DNA of 64,000 bases, from positions 96,001 through 160,000 of the forward strand of contig JAXCHI010000004.1 of NCBI GenBank assembly GCA_033977065.1. Direction: 5' to 3'. Each line of letters starts with the position of its first letter. Position 1 is the first letter of the stretch. This DNA is from Candidatus Algichlamydia australiensis. Lineage in GTDB: Bacteria; Chlamydiota; Chlamydiia; Chlamydiales; JAJFMI01. The notes under the pieces were generated by a model. The model did not search any database, had not been told where the DNA came from, and was given only the letters and a program-made list of their open reading frames with translations. Shown in pieces: positions 39,084-47,133 of this stretch. A program made the translations under genes and the position numbers.

Positions 39084-40162
39084 TCTTCGCTTTTAAAAAT
39101 ATCTAACTCTGCTTCTTCTGCACGCTCTAGTGAAGCGACCCATTTCAAGATCTCTGCCACTGTCTTGTAGGTGTCATAAGGGATGTATGCACCAATTTTT
39201 CCATTGTCCCACAGATCGTGTGCCAAAGGCACGTTTCGCATAATGGGCACGTCATGCTGCTGCGCACGGCGGATGATCTCACTCGCCTCACGCCCTTGCC
39301 CCATCGTAGCAATTTTTGGAGCGGGCTCCTCCACCTCATCATACTCCAGTGCGATGGCAAGGTGAACGGGGTTTGTCACAACAACTTTTGATCGCGATAC
39401 AGCAGCAGGTCCTTCCTGGTAGGCGAGTTCTTGTGAACGTTGGCGCCGCTTGCTCTTGATCTCTGGGTTTCCCTCAGTATCCTTCATTTCCTGTTTGACC
39501 TCAAACTTTTCCATCATCATCTGCTTTGCAAATTGTCTTTTTTGGAAGACAAGGTCAAAAATCGCGATGGCAATAAAGAAAATCCCTACGCGTAGGGCGA
39601 CTTTGGTCAAAAACTTAGAGAAGACAAGCGCGCTGCCCACAACAGGGAGTGACGCGGTTGTTACAATCTCATCTGTACTATCTTTCACTACATAGTAAAT
39701 GATAATAACAGCTCCGGTAATTTTAATAATCGATTTTAGCAGCTCAACAAAAGTTTTGAGCTTAAACATATTTTTTAAATTCTCGACGGGATTCATCCGC
39801 TTGATGTCTGGCTTCATCGCCTCCATAGAGAAGACCGGCCCAACAACAAGAAAACCCACAATGATGCCAATTCCAGCAATAATTGCCATGAAGGGGAATG
39901 AAGTACTAAAGATTAGATTGATTGCCGACATCATGATACGGCCCGCTTCATTCGCAATATCACCGTGTTCCTTGATGGAGTTAAAGGTGTTGGTCATAAA
40001 GCCGGCAAGTTGATCAAAAAAGTAGCCCGCCAAAATGACAATCCCTGACATGGAGGCAACGAAAGTAAATGCGGAAGGGAAGTCTTGTGACTTTGCAACC
40101 TGCCCCTTTTTTCGGGCATCGCGCAACTTCTTAGAGGTTGCCTTTTCCGACTTTTCTGCCAT
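39080..40162 (-). CDS. sctU: T3SS switch protein SctU (CdsU)
   Basis: EKSEKAT.KKLRDARKKGQV, EGNPEIKSKRR, NPVH autocleavage-site variant. Confidence 0.96.
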   Translation of the reverse strand: MAEKSEKATSKKLRDARKKGQVAKSQDFPSAFTFVASMSGIVILAGYFFDQLAGFMTNTFNSIKEHGDIANEAGRIMMSAINLIFSTSFPFMAIIAGIGIIVGFLVVGPVFSMEAMKPDIKRMNPVENLKNMFKLKTFVELLKSIIKITGAVIIIYYVVKDSTDEIVTTASLPVVGSALVFSKFLTKVALRVGIFFIAIAIFDLVFQKRQFAKQMMMEKFEVKQEMKDTEGNPEIKSKRRQRSQELAYQEGPAAVSRSKVVVTNPVHLAIALEYDEVEEPAPKIATMGQGREASEIIRRAQQHDVPIMRNVPLAHDLWDNGKIGAYIPYDTYKTVAEILKWVASLERAEEAELDIFKSEE

Positions 40163-40179
40163 ACTTCTTGGTTATATAA

Positions 40180-41274
40180 TTAATTGTGAAAGAAGAGAAG
40201 CACATCGCCATCATCGACGATGTAGTCGCGTCCTTCAGAGCGCATTTTTCCCGCTTCTTTGACAGCTGCGCGCGACCCAAGTTCTTTTAAAACAGGAACG
40301 CTAATCACCTCTGCACGTATAAATCCTTTTTCAATATCGCTATGGATTTCTCCAGCAGCAGACTTTGCGTTGGTCCCTTGGCGAATGGTCCAAGCGCGTG
40401 TCTCTTGCGGACCTGTTGTAAAGTAGGTAATGAGCCCCAACTTTTTAAAACACAATGAGACAAGGCGCTTTAGCCCCGACTCTTTCAAGCCGACACTCTC
40501 CAAAAATTCTTTTGCCTCTTCATCATTTAGGGTGCCGAGTTCTTCTTCAAACTTTGAACAAATAGAGATAACTTCACTGCCCGTTTTTTTCGCATGCTCG
40601 CGCACTTTCTGTACGTACTCATTTTCCATTGATGGGAGCGAGCCCTCATCGACATTGGTGGCGTAGATCACATCCTTCAATGTCAAAAATGGATAGATTT
40701 TAAGGATCTCTTTTTCATCACTACTCAGATCGAGCTCACGCATCGATTTGCCCTCATCCAGATGAGTGGCGCAGCGCTTGAGTAGCGCAACTGTTGGCAA
40801 TAATTCGCGGTTTCCTTTCGCCTGCTTTTCTAACTTGACCAAAGAGTTTTGGCACATTTGCAAGTCAGCAAGAGCGAGCTCTAGTTCAATAATTTCTATG
40901 TCAGCAATTGGATCGATTTTGCCGCGTACATGAACTACATCGGGATCTTCAAAGCAGCGCACAACATGCAAAATAACATTTGTCTCGCGGATATTTGCTA
41001 AAAATTTATTCCCCAAGCCTTCGCCTTTTGACGCGCCTTCGACAAGGCCGGCAATATCAAAAAAGACGCAATGAGCGGGGATCATCTTTGCACTGTTACT
41101 CAATTTTGCAAGCAAATCAAGTCGATCATCGCTCACTTCTACAACGCCCTTGTTGGGATCAATTGTGCAAAAGGGATAATTTGAAGCTGCCGCACCTTTT
41201 TTGGTGAGCGCGTTAAAGAGGGTAGACTTTCCTACATTGGGAAGACCTACGATACCAATAGAGAGTTCAGACAT
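40180..41274 (-). CDS. ychF: Redox-regulated ATPase YchF
   Basis: [35 protein letters not shown]-terminal TGS domain. Confidence 0.97.
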   Translation of the reverse strand: MSELSIGIVGLPNVGKSTLFNALTKKGAAASNYPFCTIDPNKGVVEVSDDRLDLLAKLSNSAKMIPAHCVFFDIAGLVEGASKGEGLGNKFLANIRETNVILHVVRCFEDPDVVHVRGKIDPIADIEIIELELALADLQMCQNSLVKLEKQAKGNRELLPTVALLKRCATHLDEGKSMRELDLSSDEKEILKIYPFLTLKDVIYATNVDEGSLPSMENEYVQKVREHAKKTGSEVISICSKFEEELGTLNDEEAKEFLESVGLKESGLKRLVSLCFKKLGLITYFTTGPQETRAWTIRQGTNAKSAAGEIHSDIEKGFIRAEVISVPVLKELGSRAAVKEAGKMRSEGRDYIVDDGDVLLFFHN

Positions 41275-41327
41275 ACCCTCTATCATACTGGAAATGAGCC
41301 ATTTTTAGACAGAATGCAATTTAATAG

Positions 41328-41362
41328 TTGACTCTATTTGCGGTCTATCCTACTATGTAGTA
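41328..41362 (+). promoter_or_regulatory. Sigma-70-type promoter with operator palindrome for higBA
   Basis: TTGACT-17nt-TACTAT; palindrome TACTA-tg-TAGTA (41351-41362) overlaps the -10. Confidence 0.7.
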
Positions 41363-41370
41363 CAATTATC

Positions 41371-41721
41371 ATGAAAAGGGAAGTAGTTGAGACAAAGATA
41401 TTTTCGGAGATCTTGGATAAGCTCGTAAGAACTGGAAAACTGGATCGTAACGACTTTGATGACTTGTTGAGAATAATCATTACAAATCCTGACGAAGGAG
41501 ATGTAATGCGTGGAACAGGTGGGTTAAGAAAAATTCGCTTGAAGGGAGTATCAAAAGGAAAAAGTGGAGGTTTTCGCATCTGTTACCTTGATGTTCCCAA
41601 AAATGAAAAAATCTATTTAATAGTAATATTTCCCAAAAATGTTCAAGAAAACTTGGACAAAGAGGAGATAAAAATATTAAAAAAACTAGTTGAAAGACTA
41701 AAGAAGGAAAAAAATGAGTGA
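41371..41721 (+). CDS. higB: Type II toxin, RelE/HigB-2 family
   Basis: NPDEGDVMRGTGGLRKIR..GKSGGFRICY..FPKN..ENL. Confidence 0.9.
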   Translation: MKREVVETKIFSEILDKLVRTGKLDRNDFDDLLRIIITNPDEGDVMRGTGGLRKIRLKGVSKGKSGGFRICYLDVPKNEKIYLIVIFPKNVQENLDKEEIKILKKLVERLKKEKNE

Positions 41722-42028
41722 GTTCTTTAAAGGAATAAAGCAAGGTCTTGAGGAAGCAGTTGAGTTTGAAGAAAAGAAGAGAACTCTTAGAACGAAAAAA
41801 ATTGAAATTCCAAAGCCTCCGAAAAAATACAAAGCTAAAGATATCAAAAGAATTAGAGCTAAAGAAAATTATTCCCAAGCTATTTTTGCAAAAGTTCTTA
41901 ATGTTAGTGTAAAAACTATTCAGGCGTGGGAATCAGGAGAAAGAACTCCTAGTCAAGTTGCTATGCGGTTATTACAAATTATTGACGACGGTATTTATAC
42001 GCCTGAAGTTTTTAAAGAAGCATGTTAA
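41714..42028 (+). CDS. higA: XRE-HTH antitoxin, HigA-2 type
   Basis: IKRIR..SQAIFAKVLNVSVKTIQAWESGERTP; toxin-first order. Confidence 0.9.
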   Translation: MSEFFKGIKQGLEEAVEFEEKKRTLRTKKIEIPKPPKKYKAKDIKRIRAKENYSQAIFAKVLNVSVKTIQAWESGERTPSQVAMRLLQIIDDGIYTPEVFKEAC

Positions 42029-42220
42029 AAATTTATTTCCCAAGCCTTCGCCTTTTGACGCGTCTTCGACAAGGCCGGCAATATCAAAAAAGACGCAACG
42101 GGCGGAGATCATCTTTGCGCTATTACTCAATTTTGCAAGCAATTCGAGTCGATCATCGCTGACTTCCCCACGTTGGGAAGGCCTACGATACCAATAGAGA
42201 GTTCGGACATACCCTCCATC
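42026..42220 (-). pseudogene. ychF: Degenerate direct-repeat copy of ychF 5' end with internal deletion
   Basis: Aligns by eye to 40999-41284, lacking ~41134-41224 (91 bp, frameshift). Confidence 0.9.
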
Positions 42221-42375
42221 GTAATCGGTTTTATCTATTTTTGGAAGAAAAGAGGTGGGATCTAAATGAAATGTTTCTTTCATTTTGAATTAAGTTTTTA
42301 CAGATAGCCCTAAATATACCGATCTGTTAACCTTCTTAGCAAAAGTAGTTAAATTTTATTTTAAGTAGGCGGGAA

Positions 42376-45300
42376 ATGGCAGCAATAGGTTCTAATACAA
42401 GTTTTGAATGGCTAGTGGGATCAAAAGGATTTGACCTCCTTAGAGAAGCTAGAGGTGCACCTCCTGATGCACCTTTTGAAACAGTTTTAAATCGGCATGA
42501 AATTAAATGGTTGAGTAGAGAAAGTCATCCGTTTTTAAGTGATATTAGAAATGAATTTACTAGAATTAGGGAGATTGTTTTAAAGCAGCTGGACTGGGAT
42601 AAACCTTGGGGTTTAGATGTCTCATTTCAGGAGTTTGGAAAAGATGTAGAGATAATCGACGCCTCAGTCGTAGGTCTTTCTAAAGGTAAGAATCTATTTA
42701 TTGGCCGAGCAATGGAAGAAAGTAGGGAGAGAGCATTGCATCTAATCGAGTTAGGTTTGGATCTTTCAGCGGCTACCCCCGAGCAACAAGCTGATAGAGC
42801 TTTTGTTTTGCATGCTGTAAAAGTAAATGGACGCAATTTGGGTTGTGTACAGTGGGCATGCGATGATGAAGAGATCGTATCTACTGCAATGCAAGATTAT
42901 CCTAACTCTTTTAAAGATGCAAGCGAACGAATACGTAACAAGCGAGAATTTACAATAGAATGGTTACGTAAATGTGGCTATGTCAATACGTCAAAAGTTG
43001 TTATATGGTTTGATGATCTAGATTTTATTATGGCATATGCGAGACATTCTGACATCTACTGGCGGAGGCCTCGTGACAAGGAAAGTGCTGAATGGAAACT
43101 TTGGAAATACATTAAAAATTGTGACGATAAGGAGGTAATAAAAAAAATAGTTCAAGTCAATGGAAAATTTCTCTCCATTGTAAGAAAAAAATTTCGGGAT
43201 GAAGAAGAAGTTGTGGTAAATGCTATTAAAAATGACAGGGACGCATTTAAATATGCGAGCAAACGATTGCAAAATAAGGACAGTGTTTTATCAGTGTATG
43301 GGCGTGGGAGAATTTATGCTTCTTATTCGGAGGCAAAGCGTATAAAAGCTGCTTCAGACAATGAACTTTTACGATCCTTGTTGGCTGAGGGTTTTCTTTT
43401 AACTGATATACCCGATCGGGCGATTGCGGAAATTCAACCTGAACTTGTGATAGAAGCTTTGTCACTAAATAAAGAAAATATCCGTATCCTTGATGAGAGG
43501 GATGGCCAACAGGGAAATGCACATCCAAAATGGATCTCCTGGATAGATAAAAATAAAAATCATAAAGAATTGATTATTGCTTTAGTAGGCTTAAGAGGAA
43601 CTGCGATTGGATTGGCAGATATTCAGTTCCAAAAGAATGAAGAAATTGGCTTAATAGCAATAAAAAACGATGAGGCAGCTTTTAGATGTCTTGACGACAG
43701 TTTGCAACGGAACAGGTCTTTTGCAATAAAAGCTTTAACTGTTAATCACAAAGTATACGCGTTTCTTCCTAAGTTTTATCAGATCGATGCAGAACTGTTA
43801 GCTTTAGCAATAGAAGAAAAAGGTTATAAATGTTCCATAGAAATTGAGAGTTTTAAAAATAAAAAAGCCTGTGCGTTGTATCTCAATTCTGATTTATCTA
43901 ATACCAAAAATGATTATGAACGTTTTCATGAAAGGTTTCAACGGATGAGTTTCGAGATGAGGAATGATCAAGAAGTTCGTTACGCAGCAGCTAAACATTG
44001 TAAGGAAGTTTTTCTTGACATGCTTGAGGATTTTCGAAGAAGAAGAGAAGAACTTTTTTCAAACCTGATTCAAGATAGCGAAAGAGAAAGGGTTGCAGGT
44101 GCAGGGCTCCAGGAAGAATTGGATGAAGCTGTAAATAGTCTGGAAAAAAAGTTAACAGGCAAGAATGAGATTTTTTTTGAGGAACTTTCAAAGGTTTGGG
44201 AGTTAACAGATGGGCTTTCTGATCTACCAGATTATGATCACTTTGCTCAGGAAAATGAAAGGATAATTGCAGATCTAGAGGAAATAAAGGCAAAAACTCT
44301 TGAAGAGTTGAATGATGTGCAAGGTCAACTCGAGGAGATGGAAGGGAATCTTATAGGGGGTGTTGTATCTAATGAGGCGCAAATTGAAACCCTTAAAGTT
44401 TCTCAGGAACAACTTAGAGCTCAAATTCAACCATTGGAATCTGAGTTAAAAAGTCGTATTGAATTAAGAAACCGCTGTGAAGAACTTTTTAAAAAAGATG
44501 ACTCTAGAGGAATATATAAAATTTTTTATCGCCATTTTTTTCAAAAATTAACAGCACTAAGTATTGGTTTACAGGCAGCTAAAAGTGGACTGTTGCAGAG
44601 GGCAAACACTTCAACAGATGATGTTCTAGGGGTTTTGATCACTGTAATGACTTCTTTAATAACTACCGGAACTGGCATTGTGTTGGCTCCTGTTACTTGG
44701 GGTGCTTCGACAATAATTGCTCCTTTTATTGGTATTGGAGTCAACTTTGTTGCTCAGAAGGCTGTAGGTGCTGTGCGAGGAAAACAGAAGAAAGCGGAGT
44801 TTAAAAGAGGGGCAAGCCATTTTCATGGGGGATTGGAGGGAGTCGATTTAGATAATAAGAGACTCGCATTTGAAATTACTTTTTTACTACAGGAACATCT
44901 TCGTCTCTGCTCAATAAAAGGTGTAAAAAAGATTGCCGACGATTGGTTTTCTAAGTTTGCCCATTCTTTAGTTCAAAAAAGTAGCAAGGGTGAGGAGAGT
45001 GCAAAATTTTCCAGTATAATGTTGAAGCTGAAAAAAGGAAAAAAAGATATTGAGACGATATACGATTTAAATTGGAACTCTGAGAGTCTATTTCTTGAAT
45101 CGGGTGTATCTTATCCTGATGCTGACGGGAAAAGAATTTATGAATCTTTTGGTTACAAAAAAGATGGCGTGTTTAAGGAAAAAAGCAGAGCTTCAAAATA
45201 TGGATATCTCTCTTTTCCAAATCAAGAAGAGGCTAATTGCTATAAAGAGGAGAGGGTTGCTCAACTCAAGAAAAAGGATAGCAAGAAAGAAGGAATTTGG

Positions 45301-45570
45301 AAGAGAGACCTAAGAAGAAAAGGGATTGCTACTGAAGTTTTGGATCAATTAGGCTCTCGGGCTGGTGTTAGTAAACTCGCAATTCAAAATGCAAGTGGGC
45401 TCCAGGAGATAGGGGTGCAAGTCGAGTCGAATCAGCAAACAAATACGATTAGAATTGAAGGTCTTGCAAGAGAGGTTGAAAGATTAAATCAGCAAGTGAG
45501 TGAATTGTTTAAAATGAACAGAGCTCTTTTAGCAAGACTTGAAGCTGTAAGCGGTAAGAAGGATTCGTGA
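42376..45570 (+). CDS. DUF4116-repeat protein with coiled coil and hydrophobic hairpin
   Basis: DRAFVLHAVKVNG, DKEVIKKIVQVNG..FKYASKRLQNK repeats; heptads; Gly-rich hydrophobic stretch near residues 750-800. Confidence 0.75.
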   Translation: MAAIGSNTSFEWLVGSKGFDLLREARGAPPDAPFETVLNRHEIKWLSRESHPFLSDIRNEFTRIREIVLKQLDWDKPWGLDVSFQEFGKDVEIIDASVVGLSKGKNLFIGRAMEESRERALHLIELGLDLSAATPEQQADRAFVLHAVKVNGRNLGCVQWACDDEEIVSTAMQDYPNSFKDASERIRNKREFTIEWLRKCGYVNTSKVVIWFDDLDFIMAYARHSDIYWRRPRDKESAEWKLWKYIKNCDDKEVIKKIVQVNGKFLSIVRKKFRDEEEVVVNAIKNDRDAFKYASKRLQNKDSVLSVYGRGRIYASYSEAKRIKAASDNELLRSLLAEGFLLTDIPDRAIAEIQPELVIEALSLNKENIRILDERDGQQGNAHPKWISWIDKNKNHKELIIALVGLRGTAIGLADIQFQKNEEIGLIAIKNDEAAFRCLDDSLQRNRSFAIKALTVNHKVYAFLPKFYQIDAELLALAIEEKGYKCSIEIESFKNKKACALYLNSDLSNTKNDYERFHERFQRMSFEMRNDQEVRYAAAKHCKEVFLDMLEDFRRRREELFSNLIQDSERERVAGAGLQEELDEAVNSLEKKLTGKNEIFFEELSKVWELTDGLSDLPDYDHFAQENERIIADLEEIKAKTLEELNDVQGQLEEMEGNLIGGVVSNEAQIETLKVSQEQLRAQIQPLESELKSRIELRNRCEELFKKDDSRGIYKIFYRHFFQKLTALSIGLQAAKSGLLQRANTSTDDVLGVLITVMTSLITTGTGIVLAPVTWGASTIIAPFIGIGVNFVAQKAVGAVRGKQKKAEFKRGASHFHGGLEGVDLDNKRLAFEITFLLQEHLRLCSIKGVKKIADDWFSKFAHSLVQKSSKGEESAKFSSIMLKLKKGKKDIETIYDLNWNSESLFLESGVSYPDADGKRIYESFGYKKDGVFKEKSRASKYGYLSFPNQEEANCYKEERVAQLKKKDSKKEGIWKRDLRRKGIATEVLDQLGSRAGVSKLAIQNASGLQEIGVQVESNQQTNTIRIEGLAREVERLNQQVSELFKMNRALLARLEAVSGKKDS

Positions 45571-45593
45571 TTTTTTTTTAGGCAAAGGCTGGT

Positions 45594-46103
45594 TTAGTTA
45601 AATTTTTCTTCTCTCAAACGTCTTGAAGAGAGAGGCCTTCCATCAACTAAAAACTTCTCTATGTAATGTGGAGTGAAGTGAAGTTGCTCGCTAAAAATTC
45701 TAATGTTTTCTTCATTTCCCTGAGCATCTTTTCCAAATGCTGCACCTTTTCCAAGTACGAGGTGGTTGAAAGGGCAGTGGTGGTAGATTTTTTGTAAAAA
45801 CTCTTTATAGGTGAGGGTGGCAATTTCTTTGTTGAAGGGAAGAAGAAGCACTAGATCGACGCCAGCTTGTTCAAGAAGGGTGAGTTTTTCTTCGAGAGTT
45901 GTGAGTTGGGGAATATTAAGTTCAGGACGAAAGTAATTGATAGGGAGAGTTTCAAACGTGGTGACAAGGCGGGTAGGAGCAAGAGTTGCCATTTGTGAGA
46001 ATAGATATTTGTGGCCAGCATGCACACCATCAAAAGAGCCGATGGTGAGGGCTACTGGATCGCTACTTCTTTGTAATGTAGAGAAATCTCTGGCGATTTG
46101 CAT
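45594..46103 (-). CDS. ribF: FAD synthetase (RibF N-terminal adenylyltransferase domain only)
   Basis: LTIGSFDGVHAGH, VLGKGAAFG, LSSRRLR then stop; no kinase domain. Confidence 0.85.
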   Translation of the reverse strand: MQIARDFSTLQRSSDPVALTIGSFDGVHAGHKYLFSQMATLAPTRLVTTFETLPINYFRPELNIPQLTTLEEKLTLLEQAGVDLVLLLPFNKEIATLTYKEFLQKIYHHCPFNHLVLGKGAAFGKDAQGNEENIRIFSEQLHFTPHYIEKFLVDGRPLSSRRLREEKFN

Positions 46104-46771
46104 GTGTGTAGGTGGCTTTGGTATTGAAAACCGGGTTTTTGTATCTCTTCGATGCTCAGGCAATTTTCTAACAAAAAGCTGCCACTCTTAACACGCTCTA
46201 ATTGGACAAGGTGGGCATAGGAGCCAAGTTTTTTACCAATATCTACGGCTAATTGACGGATGTAGGTACCCTTACTGCAAGCAAAATGTAGCTTAAGGTG
46301 AGGGTAGTCGTAAGAAAGAAAAGTGGTCGTAACTTGGATTTTTTTTGGCTCGCGCTCAATTGTGACACCTTTACGAGCGAGCTCGTAAAGTTTTTTTCCT
46401 CCTACTTTTTTTGCGGAATACATCGGTGGAGTTTGAAGAAGCTCACCTTGGAATTCAGGAAGGAGTGCTAAAATTTCTTCATTTGTAGGAATTTTTTCAG
46501 AGGTGTTTGTAGTGGCGCCTTCTAAATCACCTGTATCTGTTTCTATACCAAGCTTTAGTGTGGCGGTGTACTCTTTGTCACTATTAAGGAATGTCGGCTG
46601 GAGTCGTGTATAGTTTTTGCCAATAAGCATGACCATTACGCCAGTTGCAAAGGGATCAAGGGTGCCTGCATGGCCGATTTTTTTGATTTTTGTGAGACGA
46701 CGTAGCAGCGAGACCAGATAGAAAGAGGTTTTTCCGGCAGGTTTGTTAAGAAGAAGAATACCCTCTTTCAC
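46052..46771 (-). CDS. truB: tRNA pseudouridine(55) synthase
   Basis: KIGHAGTLDPFATG, PPMYSAKK, CSKGTYIR. Confidence 0.97.
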   Translation of the reverse strand: MKEGILLLNKPAGKTSFYLVSLLRRLTKIKKIGHAGTLDPFATGVMVMLIGKNYTRLQPTFLNSDKEYTATLKLGIETDTGDLEGATTNTSEKIPTNEEILALLPEFQGELLQTPPMYSAKKVGGKKLYELARKGVTIEREPKKIQVTTTFLSYDYPHLKLHFACSKGTYIRQLAVDIGKKLGSYAHLVQLERVKSGSFLLENCLSIEEIQKPGFQYQSHLHTCKSPEISLHYKEVAIQ

Positions 46772-47127
46772 TGACGAGCCTCTCGCTCTTTTTCTAGATC
46801 ACCTAGGATGTTGTCGATATGGAGCAGATCGTCTGTGCTGGTATCAAGATGAAAGGTAAGTTCGGGGAAAAAACGCATAACAACTTTTTTTGATGTTGAG
46901 ATCGCGATGAAGCTGGCTGCTGAATTGAGTCCGTTAATTGTTTCACTCCGCTCTTTTTCGTCTCCTAAGATGCTCACATAGATTTTAGCATGACGCAGAT
47001 CTTTAGTAATTGAAACGCTCATGACAGTAGTGAATTTAGCGATTTTAGGATTGCGAACTTCGTTGCGAATCACTTCGCTAATGACCTCTTTCAAAAGTGA
47101 GTTGAGTCTCTCTGTTCTGCGTGTCAT
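46768..47127 (-). CDS. rbfA: Ribosome-binding factor A
   Basis: RTERLNSLLKEVIS, DLRHAKIYVS, PELTF. Confidence 0.96.
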   Translation of the reverse strand: MTRRTERLNSLLKEVISEVIRNEVRNPKIAKFTTVMSVSITKDLRHAKIYVSILGDEKERSETINGLNSAASFIAISTSKKVVMRFFPELTFHLDTSTDDLLHIDNILGDLEKEREARQ

Positions 47128-47133
47128 AGTGAG

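Noticed and set aside
36954..40162. Flagellar flhA/flhB
   Set aside because: Followed by copN-scc1-malQ, the non-flagellar chlamydial T3SS arrangement.
41972..42283. 103-aa ORF as a real gene
   Set aside because: Read-through of the frameshifted ychF remnant; overlaps higA.
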